A DNA stretch of 52,539 bases from a virus (taxonomy: Duplodnaviria > Caudoviricetes): positions 1 to 52,539 of IMG/VR virus record IMGVR_UViG_3300010048_000015; one strand, written 5' to 3'. The notes beneath the pieces were generated by a model. The model made no database searches. It had not been told where the DNA came from and worked only from the letters and a program-made list of their open reading frames with translations. Position 1 is the first letter of the stretch, and each line of letters opens with the position of its first letter. The position numbers and the translations under genes were made by a program. Of this stretch, positions 16,690 through 26,300 are shown in pieces.

Positions 16690-17822
16690 GTCGCTATGGC
16701 TACTGGATCGACTTGCAAGGTCGGCAGCTCGGCGACACCTCGTGGATTCAGGCGCTGCCTATCGGTGAGTATGAGCATCCGGTGTATGGCAAGATGAATT
16801 TCACACCGGAGCGTATTCGCCGCTTCGCTCAGGGCGTTCAGGCCAAGGTTCGTGGCCAGGACCTCGACATCGACTACGATCACAAGGCTCAGGACGGCAA
16901 GGCTGCAGGCTGGGTTAGAGCCGCTGACGTTCGTCCTGACGGTCTGTATTTGCAGATCGACTGGACAGATCGAGCCTCCGAAGCAATCCGTGCAGGGGAG
17001 TACAGGTACTTCAGTCCCGAGTTCGACGATGCGTGGAAGGATAGCGCTGGCGTAGAGCACCAAGACGTTCTGTTCGGTGGCGCTCTCACGAACCGTCCGT
17101 TCTTGAAGGACTTGCTTCCCATCAACCTGTCAGAGATCACCTCAACCAAGAAGGCAGATGAAGGAGGTCAGATGGGACCTGAGCAGATCAGAGAGCTGCT
17201 GGGTCTCGAGAAGGACGCCACGGACGAGGCAGTCAAGGCGAAGATCGCGGAGCTTACGGCTGGTCCGTCGGCACCTCCTCCGCCTCCTGAGCCTCCTGCG
17301 CCTCCTCCGTCGCATCCATCCGAGCCCGTTCTCACGGGAGCCAGCCTCGACGAGGCGATCGCTAAGGCGCTCGCCGAGAATCCGCTTCTCGTGGGTATTC
17401 AGAAGCAGCTCGCCGACACGCAGCGAGCACAGACGTTCGCCGAGACCAAGCAGCGCCTGGAGCGTCTCGAGACTGTCTCGAACGGGCGCAAGTACGTTCT
17501 TCCGCCAGCCGTGATCGACGCGGTCGCCGAGGGTAGCGCGCTTTCGGATCCTGCCGAGATGTCGAGGAAGTTCGTCGACGCCATCGAGGCGTTCGGCCGT
17601 ACCGGCTACGTCGAGCTCGGAGAGCGTGGCCGGACACGCAATGGTCAAGAGAAGACCGCAGCGCAGCAACTGTCCGAGCTCGTGTCAACAGCTCGAGCGC
17701 AGCATCTGCAGACGACAGGCAAGCAGCTGTCGACTACCGACGCCATCGCTCAGGTCGTTCGGACCAACCCCGAGCTGTACCTGCAGTACCGACAGGACTC
17801 GTACGCTGGGAAGGAGGACTAG
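16686..17822 (+). CDS. Mu-like prohead protease/scaffold
   Basis: IDYDH, AAGWV, WT..A...I..GEYRYFSPEF, ALTNRPF. Confidence 0.9.
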   Translation: MSRYGYWIDLQGRQLGDTSWIQALPIGEYEHPVYGKMNFTPERIRRFAQGVQAKVRGQDLDIDYDHKAQDGKAAGWVRAADVRPDGLYLQIDWTDRASEAIRAGEYRYFSPEFDDAWKDSAGVEHQDVLFGGALTNRPFLKDLLPINLSEITSTKKADEGGQMGPEQIRELLGLEKDATDEAVKAKIAELTAGPSAPPPPPEPPAPPPSHPSEPVLTGASLDEAIAKALAENPLLVGIQKQLADTQRAQTFAETKQRLERLETVSNGRKYVLPPAVIDAVAEGSALSDPAEMSRKFVDAIEAFGRTGYVELGERGRTRNGQEKTAAQQLSELVSTARAQHLQTTGKQLSTTDAIAQVVRTNPELYLQYRQDSYAGKED

Positions 17823-17825
17823 CCG

Positions 17826-18305
17826 ATGCCTGGCATGGACCATGTACTCGCCAAGGCCTTTCTGGCTACGGGAGGTTCTGTCGCTTACAGCAGGTGGCAG
17901 GTCGTGAAGCAGCTCGGCGGCTCGACCATGCTTCCGGCGCAGTGTGCCGTCATGGTGTCGACGACTGATGCAGCCGTTCTGCCTCTCGGTGTCTGCATGG
18001 AGGACCTCGACGCCGTCAAGACCAACACAGGCAAGGCGATGATCAACATCGCACTCGAGGGCAACGTCAAGGCTATCTGGGATGGCGTGGGCGCTGCTCC
18101 GACTCCTGGTTCGGTCGTCAAGCTCTCGGCCAAGGCGGCAGGCACCGGCAACGGTCAGGTCACCGTCGCGACTAAGGCTGCGGCAGGTGTTCAGCCCGCT
18201 GCATGCCTCGGGTATGTCCTGGACATTCTCGGCAACTCGATCGGTCAGACTGCGACTGCGGGTGACTGGTTGGATGTCGAGCTCGTCCCCGGAATGATGT
18301 ACTGA
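17826..18305 (+). CDS. capsid decoration/cement protein
   Basis: Position between scaffold and capsid; small Ala/Gly-rich beta protein. Confidence 0.7.
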   Translation: MPGMDHVLAKAFLATGGSVAYSRWQVVKQLGGSTMLPAQCAVMVSTTDAAVLPLGVCMEDLDAVKTNTGKAMINIALEGNVKAIWDGVGAAPTPGSVVKLSAKAAGTGNGQVTVATKAAAGVQPAACLGYVLDILGNSIGQTATAGDWLDVELVPGMMY

Positions 18306-18318
18306 GAGGAGGTAGCTC

Positions 18319-19443
18319 ATGGCAGTCTACGCCCCAACCGGGTCTGGCAACGTTCATATCGACGTTGTGCTCACTCAGATCTCGGTTGCATGGCCGAACG
18401 AGGGACTGGTTGGCAACATCCTCTTCCCTAGTGTTCCGGTCCAGAAGCAGTCGAACAAGTACTACATCTTCCAAGGTCGCGAGGGCTGGTACCCCGCGCT
18501 GGATGACGCGCGTGCTCCTGGCACCGAAGCGAACGAGGTGCCTGGTCTGACCGTCTCGATCGGCACCTACTACGCTCAGGAGCACGCGCTCCAGATCGCA
18601 GTCACGGACGAGGAGCGGGAGAACGCTGATAGCCCGCTCAGCCCTGACATCGACGGGACGGAGATGCTCGCGTCTAGGATCGCTCTGGGAAAGGAGTATC
18701 GCATCTACAACCTGGTCGCTACCGCAGCCAACTTCAACGCGTCGTTGACACAGGCGCTGTCAGGCACGGCGAGCGGCGGCTACGGTGCGCAGTGGGATCT
18801 CGCGTCAACGACTCCGATCAAGGACATTCGTACCTCGATGCGAATGGTTCACAAGCTGGCGTTCCTCCAGCCGAACCAAGCGATCATCCCCTACAAGGTC
18901 ATGTCGGCGCTCGAGGACAACTCCGACCTGATCAGTCGCATCCAGTATGTCGAGCGAGCGATTCTGACGCCCGACCTGGTCGCATCTCTTCTGTCGCTGG
19001 ACAATGTCGTCGTGCCGGGCTTTGGTTACGCAACTAACAACCCTGGCCAGACGCTCTCGCTGACGTACCTCTGGAACATTGAGGTACTGATGGCATACGC
19101 GCCTCCACGTCCGGGTCTCAAGGTTCCCGCGTTCGCCTACCAGTTCACGTGGGGCTTTCCTGGCGGCGGAGCTGGCGGTCTAGGATTCGGCTCGGGTGCG
19201 TTCTCGGGTGAGGGTATCGATAGCGCTGGACCGACAACGCTCAACCCGTCCTCGGAGGCCAACGGTCGTCAGAGCAATCTCGGCGGCGGAATCGTCGACA
19301 GGTGGCGTGAGGAGCGTCGTGCCTCTGACGTCATTCGGTTCCGTCAGCGTTACGACCTCGAGCTGATCGGGCTCGACACGAACGGCAAGTCCATATGCGG
19401 CTTCCTGTTCACCAACGTTCTATCCGGCTCCTTCGTGGGTTAG
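18319..19443 (+). CDS. major capsid protein
   Basis: 374 aa after protease/decoration; HIDVVLTQISVA, LFPSVPVQKQSNKY; strong RBS. Confidence 0.9.
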   Translation: MAVYAPTGSGNVHIDVVLTQISVAWPNEGLVGNILFPSVPVQKQSNKYYIFQGREGWYPALDDARAPGTEANEVPGLTVSIGTYYAQEHALQIAVTDEERENADSPLSPDIDGTEMLASRIALGKEYRIYNLVATAANFNASLTQALSGTASGGYGAQWDLASTTPIKDIRTSMRMVHKLAFLQPNQAIIPYKVMSALEDNSDLISRIQYVERAILTPDLVASLLSLDNVVVPGFGYATNNPGQTLSLTYLWNIEVLMAYAPPRPGLKVPAFAYQFTWGFPGGGAGGLGFGSGAFSGEGIDSAGPTTLNPSSEANGRQSNLGGGIVDRWREERRASDVIRFRQRYDLELIGLDTNGKSICGFLFTNVLSGSFVG

Positions 19444-19451
19444 GAGGACTC

Positions 19452-19853
19452 ATGGCTGGCTACGTAGCGTATACCAACGGACTGCTAGCGACCGAGAGCA
19501 GTCCCGATGGCCTCGCTCCTGGTGACACTGTTAGCAAGGGCGACTTCGACGACGAGGAGTGGGCCTACCACGTTCTGCATGGCAACGTCGTTCGTGCAGG
19601 AGGACCGCACGATCCTAACGTTCTGGCGGCCGCCTCGGAGCCGGAAGAGGTTTCGGAGGATCCGAAGGAGCAGCGCATCAGGGCTCTCGAGCAGCAGCTC
19701 GAGATGTATCAAGGACAGCAACAAACTCGCAACTACGAGGTGCACCCCGAGTCTCATGAGGCCGAAGAGGAGGCGTCGGGAGTCAAGAAGGAGGGAACCG
19801 CCCACGCTGGGCAGTCGCGGTCGCAGCCGCGCAATCAACCGCCCACCAAGTAG
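19452..19853 (+). CDS. hypothetical head-associated protein
   Basis: AGGAGG RBS; directly after capsid. Confidence 0.7.
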   Translation: MAGYVAYTNGLLATESSPDGLAPGDTVSKGDFDDEEWAYHVLHGNVVRAGGPHDPNVLAAASEPEEVSEDPKEQRIRALEQQLEMYQGQQQTRNYEVHPESHEAEEEASGVKKEGTAHAGQSRSQPRNQPPTK

Positions 19854-19872
19854 AGGGAGAGGGGCGAGCTTA

Positions 19873-20397
19873 GTGGCACACATTACTACGTCGGACGTGC
19901 AAGTCTGGCTAGAGACTACTAAGCTCGCCATCTCCTCTATTGATCCGACGCTAGAGGTTGATGTATCCAACGAGGTAATCAGCCAGTTGACAGGGCAGTT
20001 TGGAGCCTACACCCCTACTTGGGTAGACAACACTAGTACACCTCAAATTGTCAAGCAGATCATTGCAATGGAGTACGCAGGTTGGGTCTACGACCGTGCG
20101 TTCTCTGAAGTAGTAACGAACGAGGCTCAAGTTAGTTACGGTGCAACCTTGCGAGGCTGGGCTACGAATCTGATCAATGACATACTGGGTGGTAGCATAC
20201 TAATTGCGGAGATTGGTTCAGGTCCCGTAAACGAGGCTCCTATCTTCTATCCGACCGATGTGAGTTCGACTTGGGATGCATGGCGTGCTAACATTGATTG
20301 CAACGACAATTCCCTAGGCCCTGCGAAGTTCGGAATGGGAAAGGTGTTCTTATGGCCACTACGACGTTCGGCAGTGGTCTCCGAATCGATCAGATGA
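19873..20397 (+). CDS. head-tail adaptor
   Basis: Position; TPQIVKQIIAM-type motif. Confidence 0.7.
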   Translation: MAHITTSDVQVWLETTKLAISSIDPTLEVDVSNEVISQLTGQFGAYTPTWVDNTSTPQIVKQIIAMEYAGWVYDRAFSEVVTNEAQVSYGATLRGWATNLINDILGGSILIAEIGSGPVNEAPIFYPTDVSSTWDAWRANIDCNDNSLGPAKFGMGKVFLWPLRRSAVVSESIR

Positions 20398-20990
20398 TCG
20401 ATCTCAACTTCTCATTCAAGCCTACTATGGCAATGTCCGCCAAGGCCTTCGACAAGCTAGGTACGGACATTCGTTCATTCCGGGTTCCACTCAAGCGCTC
20501 TATCCAAGAAGTCATTGCTCCGTCGATCAACAAGACCTTTCTCGCTCACGGTCGGCCTGAGGCTTGGACTCCCTACGCAGCTGACACGATCGCAATGAAG
20601 GCTAGAGACCCGAAGAACAAGTACGGGCCAGATTTCATCCTCATGCGTTCCGGGCTCCTGTGGAAGACGATGCAACAGCTCAGCATTTGGACTATAACTA
20701 CGACGCAAGCTGCGATTCTTGACTTGCCTGAGAAGATCTGGTACGGTGCGTTGCATCAGGCGGGCTATGGTCAAAGTGGTTCTTCGATGTACGCCCAGCT
20801 AGGTGGACGCTTCGCGACGCCTGAGGAGATAAAGGCATCTGGAGGGAAGGCTTTCGTCCATATTCCTCAGAGGCCGTTTGCAGTGCTGCAAGACCCTCAG
20901 GACCTCGACGACATTGCCAAGGTCTTTGATCTTTGGATTGCTGAGCGCATAGAGCTCGGGATTGGTATTAAGCACTGGAGTGGTTCCTGA
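20352..20990 (+). CDS. virion morphogenesis / neck protein (Mu gpG-like)
   Basis: YGALHQAG...IPQRPF motif. Confidence 0.8.
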   Translation: MATTTFGSGLRIDQMIDLNFSFKPTMAMSAKAFDKLGTDIRSFRVPLKRSIQEVIAPSINKTFLAHGRPEAWTPYAADTIAMKARDPKNKYGPDFILMRSGLLWKTMQQLSIWTITTTQAAILDLPEKIWYGALHQAGYGQSGSSMYAQLGGRFATPEEIKASGGKAFVHIPQRPFAVLQDPQDLDDIAKVFDLWIAERIELGIGIKHWSGS

Positions 20991-21424
20991 TGCCTCTGAC
21001 AGCCAGTGCAGAGACGGTTGCTACTGCTATCATGAATGCTATTAGGACTCAGATGGTAGCGTTGGGTGTTCAGCAAGTGTATTACGGAGATCAGACCCAG
21101 CTGCCCCAAACTCCTGCTGTTTGCGTATCGCCCGGTAATAAGACTCGTGAGTTTCAGGGTGCCTCGCTTCGAACGATGAATACGTTCGAGACCTATGTCT
21201 TCGTGTACTTCGGCAAGGTCCAAGATGTGCAGCAGAACTTGCACGCTGCACAGACTCTTGCTGATGCTATAGAGCCAGTTGTGCAAGCAGACATGACATT
21301 GGGCGGTCTTGTCATCTGGACACTATGTACTCAGAACGAGCCGGGAATGATTAATAGAATGGGTGGCTTGATGATGGGTAACCGAATGACTTTTCAGTCC
21401 GTCAGTAAGACGCAACTCCCATAG
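20990..21424 (+). CDS. tail terminator-like protein
   Basis: Position; TPAVCV...DMTLGGLV. Confidence 0.65.
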   Translation: MPLTASAETVATAIMNAIRTQMVALGVQQVYYGDQTQLPQTPAVCVSPGNKTREFQGASLRTMNTFETYVFVYFGKVQDVQQNLHAAQTLADAIEPVVQADMTLGGLVIWTLCTQNEPGMINRMGGLMMGNRMTFQSVSKTQLP

Positions 21425-21432
21425 GAGGTGAG

Positions 21433-21723
21433 ATGTCCTACTCAGTAACCATTAACCATCCCGACATGGGAGACCAGGACGTTTTCGTCCATGGGCTAGG
21501 CACGTTCAGGAACGGCTCTACGATAGAGGTATCCGACGAGCAAGACCTGATGTACCAGGCTCTCAACGCGACACAGAACCAGACGCATACTCCTGATGGC
21601 GGTCTTCAAGTAGAGTCCGTTCTGGGACCATCGGTCAGCGAGCTTGACTCGTCACCCTGGTTTACCGTGACGGTAGTCAAGCCGAGGACGTCGAACGAGA
21701 GCTCGAAGGGAGGTAAGGAGTAA
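21433..21723 (+). CDS. hypothetical protein
   Basis: AGGAGGT RBS; TAATG coupling. Confidence 0.7.
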   Translation: MSYSVTINHPDMGDQDVFVHGLGTFRNGSTIEVSDEQDLMYQALNATQNQTHTPDGGLQVESVLGPSVSELDSSPWFTVTVVKPRTSNESSKGGKE

Positions 21724-22658
21724 TGCCTTATGGTATGGGTGCGGGCGGTCTTCTCGGCGTAGCCTTTGAAACCGTTTCAGGTACATACACCGCTCCGACA
21801 AAGTTCATCCCGATCTTGTCCGAGTCGCTGGAGCTGAAGGAGACGAACATCTACCGTACGCCGATTCGTCAGTCGGCAGCACGGATCGGTGTCGTTCCTG
21901 GTGACTTCAGCGTCGAGGGAACAGTCACTATGGAGGCGACGGAGGACTGCTGTCTGTACTTCACGGAGTGTGCTAGGGCGACAGGTGTAAAGACAGGTAC
22001 GACACCTAACTTCATCTACACCTACACGCCGAACTCGAATGCGGTTCCGAACAAGACGATGTCAATCACCGTCGTGCGCAACGGCGTCACCTTCGGCTAC
22101 GTCGGATGTGTCGTCGGGAAGTCGACCTTTACGGTCAACAACAACCTTCTCGAGGCCTCGTTCGATATCTTCGGCCTGTCTGACGCTTCGCCTTCTCCCG
22201 CTCTGACGCCTGTCTGGCCGACCTCGGTACCCTACGGTCCGGGTTCGTGGACAGTCCAGATCCCAACGCCGACGCAGGTGTTCGATATGGACACGTTCTC
22301 GTTCGACATCGACGATGCGGGTGCGGAGCAGTTCCGTCTCAAGAACGCGCGCGGTGCACAGTTCGCGTCGTTCGGCGAGCGCACGTGTCAGATGACGACG
22401 ACTCGTGACTTCCTTTCCAACTCTGACTACCTAGCCTTCAAGGCGGTGACGGGTCAGAAGATTACGATCATCGTTACCAGCGGTGCGAACAACGGTATCC
22501 AGTTCGACCTATTCAACGGGATCATGGACGTCTATCAGGTTCCGCTTTCGGGTGTTGGTGATCTGATTCGGGCTTCGATCACCTACCAGACCGTTCTCGA
22601 TCCAACGGGTAACGAGTACGACATCGTCTACAAGACGCAGGAAGTCATCACTCCGTAA
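21723..22658 (+). CDS. major tail (tube) protein
   Basis: LGVAFETVSGTYTAPTKFIP N-terminus; before chaperone and tape measure. Confidence 0.85.
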   Translation: MPYGMGAGGLLGVAFETVSGTYTAPTKFIPILSESLELKETNIYRTPIRQSAARIGVVPGDFSVEGTVTMEATEDCCLYFTECARATGVKTGTTPNFIYTYTPNSNAVPNKTMSITVVRNGVTFGYVGCVVGKSTFTVNNNLLEASFDIFGLSDASPSPALTPVWPTSVPYGPGSWTVQIPTPTQVFDMDTFSFDIDDAGAEQFRLKNARGAQFASFGERTCQMTTTRDFLSNSDYLAFKAVTGQKITIIVTSGANNGIQFDLFNGIMDVYQVPLSGVGDLIRASITYQTVLDPTGNEYDIVYKTQEVITP

Positions 22659-22683
22659 CGGCTCCGATCCAGAGGGAGGATCT

Positions 22684-23145
22684 ATGCCACGCGCGACCGT
22701 ATCAGCTGAGCCACAGACCTTCGACCTTCGCTCATGTCCTGGAGGTTGGATCAAGCTTCGTCGTATGTCCTATGGCGAGCGGCTCCACCGCCAGGACATC
22801 GCGATGCAGATGTCAATGCAAGCCGACAACAAGGGGAAGACGGCGTCGATGAGTGTGACGCCGACTCAGACGCAGGTAGCAGCCTTCGAGCTCCAGACCT
22901 GTGTTGTCGAGCACAACCTTGAGGACGAGTCGGGACGCACGCTCAATTTTCATAGTGCGATTGACTGTCAGCTTCTCGACGGGCGCATCGGCGAGGAGAT
23001 TTCGAGTCTGATCGATACGATGCACGACTGGGACACCGACCTCCCAAACTCCGTAGTGAAATCCGCCGTATTGTCGTCGGAGGTAATCGACCCGTCGCCG
23101 GATGGCAACGTACAGCGGAGACCGAAGTCGCGGAACAGCTCGTAG
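22684..23145 (+). CDS. tail assembly chaperone
   Basis: Between tube and tape measure; in-frame slippery site. Confidence 0.8.
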   Translation: MPRATVSAEPQTFDLRSCPGGWIKLRRMSYGERLHRQDIAMQMSMQADNKGKTASMSVTPTQTQVAAFELQTCVVEHNLEDESGRTLNFHSAIDCQLLDGRIGEEISSLIDTMHDWDTDLPNSVVKSAVLSSEVIDPSPDGNVQRRPKSRNSS

Positions 23146-23312
23146 CGATAACCAATGCCTGCAGAGAGCTTCATTGCTTGCCACAGGCAGGAGGTTGGCT
23201 CGATCAGGACTGTTTCCTCGTAGAGGGAATGGACATGGTCATCATGGAGACGCAGGCAAGGGAGGCTGAAGAGCAGCACAAGCGGGAACTGTCAGGTAGA
23301 AGGAGGAGGTAA
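23043..23312 (+). other. programmed -1 frameshift and chaperone extension
   Basis: C CCA AAC heptamer at 23043..23049; -1 frame open to TAA 23310..23312, encoding LHCLPQAGGWLDQD. Confidence 0.8.
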
Positions 23313-26300
23313 TGCCGCTAGGCGTGCGTGAAATTCTCCTCGTTATTCGTGCACAGAACGTTAGCTCGGGAGTGCTGCGTGGACTAGTTGGCGACTTTAC
23401 CAACTTGGATAATGCAGCCAAGAAGGCTGCTCAGCGACAGATACAGACAGGCTCGGCGCTGATGGCTGTCGGCACTGCTGTTGGCGCTGTAGGTGCTGCG
23501 GGACTGCTATTCCTGGGCAAGGCTACCTCTGCTGCTGTTGACTATGGCAGACAAGTGGCCTTGACTAAGACTCAGACTTACGGTTTGAAGGTTTCGCTAG
23601 ACCAGCTGTCGCAAGCTGGTCTTGACGTTGCTCGTAACATTGCAGTTCCGCTTGATCAGATCCAGGCAGGTCTGTATGACATCTTCTCGTCGATGGATGT
23701 CAATCTGACACAAGCCAAGTTTCTGCTGACCAACTTCTCGAAGGAGGCTGTCGCTGGTCAGGTAGACCTCTCCACAGCTGAGCGCGCGACTATTGGTATC
23801 ATGAACGCGTATCGGATGAAGGTGACTGATGTCACTAAGGTCCAAGACATCATGTTCAACCTTGTCAAGTTTGGCGTCGGCACCTACGCGGACTTTGCCA
23901 ACTCTATCGGCCGTGTAACAGGTCCTGCTGTTCGTGCTAATCAGTCGTTTAGTCAGACTGCTGCGCTGATGGCGTTCATAACCAGGAACGGTTTGTCAGC
24001 TGCTAACGCTTCTGCGTCGATCGGTCGTGCTCTCGATGCTGTAGGTAAGTCACGTGCTAAGATTCAGGATATCGGTAAGACGGTTCAGGAGGCTCTAGGA
24101 CCAGCAGTCGCCGCCAAGCTGGGATTCACTGCTAAGAGCATGATTCAGGTCACTGACTCTTCGGGCAAGCTACTGCCCGTTAACGAAATCATGACCAAGC
24201 TTGGCACCTCGTTGAAGAACTTGAACCCTACGCAGCTGAACGATGTTCTGACAGCAATGTTCAAGGGCACGGGCGGCTCTATTCAAGCCATGCGCTTCTT
24301 CGACATTGCTGTCAAGAACTATGGCCAGCTGAATCAGATGGTCAAGAACATGGCCAACTCGAAGGGAGCATTGAAGGCCGCCTACGACACGATGGCACAG
24401 ACGCCTGCCATGAAGATCCAGCTGCTTAGCAACCAGTTCAAGGCCTTCATGATCGTTCTAGGCCAGCAACTGCTTCCGATCTTGGGTAAGGTTGCAGGAG
24501 CGCTAAGCAAGTTCTTCGGATGGCTAGGTTCGCTACCGAAGTCCACGATAAAGATCATTGCTATCGTACTGGGTGTGATTTCCGTTCTGGCATTGCTCGC
24601 CGGCGCTGTTATGACCGTCGTTGGTGTCTGGCTTGTGTTCTCGGCAGTACTTGCTGCTACAGAAATCGCACTAGCGCCAATCCTTCTTACTGTAGGCTTG
24701 GTCATTGCTGCTGTAGCGGCTCTTGCTATCGCCGCATACCTCATCTACAAGCACTGGGGTCCAATCTCTACATGGTTCCACAATATGTGGTTTGCTATGT
24801 GGAAGTGGATCGATCACGTCTGGCAGCTCGTTTGGAAGACGATCAACGGCGTTTGGATCAAGATCAAGAATCTCTTCAACACGATCATGAAGTGGATCTC
24901 TACCAACTTCGACAAGTGGTGGCTGACTCATGGACTAGCTCTCCAGGCTGTCTGGAGCAATACCTGGTCAGCGATTACGAACATCTTCACAGCTGCTTGG
25001 AGTCTGATTACAGGGTATATGAAGACTGCACTGGCAGCTATCGAAGCTATGATCAAGATCATATGGGGTCAGATTCAGCTCATCTTCAAGTCTGGTTGGG
25101 ATGTTATCGTAGGCATCTTCCGCGTTGCCTGGGCTATCATAGCAGCTGGTTTCAAGGTCTGGTGGGCAGTCATCACGGCTGTCACGAAGGTTGCTTGGGC
25201 GTCGATTCAGGCAATCATGAAGATTGCTTGGGATACGATCGTTGCCATGTTCAGTATCTTCCTCGACGTTATGACTGGTCACTGGCATACAGCGCTCGTT
25301 GACATTCAGAACCTAGGTAAGCAGATCTGGAACGCGATCAAGAACTTTGTCATCGCGGTATGGAACGCGATGAGGAGCGCTGCTGTACCAATTTGGAACG
25401 CGCTAACCTCCGGCTTCTTCAACGCCTGGCATGCTATCTACACGTCGACACAGCAGGTCTGGAACAACATCAAGGGCTTCCTAGGCACTGTCTGGAACGC
25501 AATCAAGTCTGGCGCTTCGTCGTTCGTCAGTGGACTTGGACAGATCTGGAATGGTTTGGAGAACGTCTTCAAGATTCCGGTTAACTTCCTCATCGGTACT
25601 GTTTACGACAACGGCATTCGGGCGCTATGGAATACCGTCATGGGTGCGATCGGCCTTGGTCACCTTAACCTTCCTGCAGTCAAGACTCTAGCAGGTGGAG
25701 GAAGGCTAAAGGGCTACGGAGGCGGCGACAGGATTCCTGCGCTGCTAGAGGCTGGCGAAACAGTTATTGATAAGCATAGGACCAGACAGTACGCAAGCAT
25801 CTTCAGAGCTATGGGCGTACCAGGGTTCCAAGGTGGCGGCGTAGCCTTTATGAAGACAGGCATCAGCTCTAATCCTACTAGAGGCCCAACGATTCCTGGT
25901 GGTGGCGTACTTCATAACATAGGACACGCTATTACTAGTGTAGGCTCCGATATCTTCCACCTAGGCGGAGCAGCAGGCAAGATGGCACTAGCTGCTATGA
26001 CAGGTAACCAAACAGCGTTCGTCAATGCTCTCATTAGTGCGTTCCCGGGTGCAAAGGGAGTTGCAGGCAATCTCGCCGCCATGATTGCTACCCTACCCAT
26101 AGCAATGGCTAAAGATGCCGTGAAAAGCGTGTGGAATAAGATTTCGGGGGCCGGGAGCAACGTCAAGTACAAGGCCGGAGCTGGTGTGCAGCAGTGGAAG
26201 CCTGACGTGCTGAAGGCCCTCGCTATGTTGGGACTGCCTCTATCTCTGGCCAATAACGTCTTGTATCAGATGCAAACGGAGTCCGGAGGCAATCCAGGTG

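Noticed and set aside
19507-19872. Long N-terminal extension of the head-tail adaptor in the ORF track
   Set aside because: Overlaps gene 19452..19853; the RBS supports GTG at 19873.
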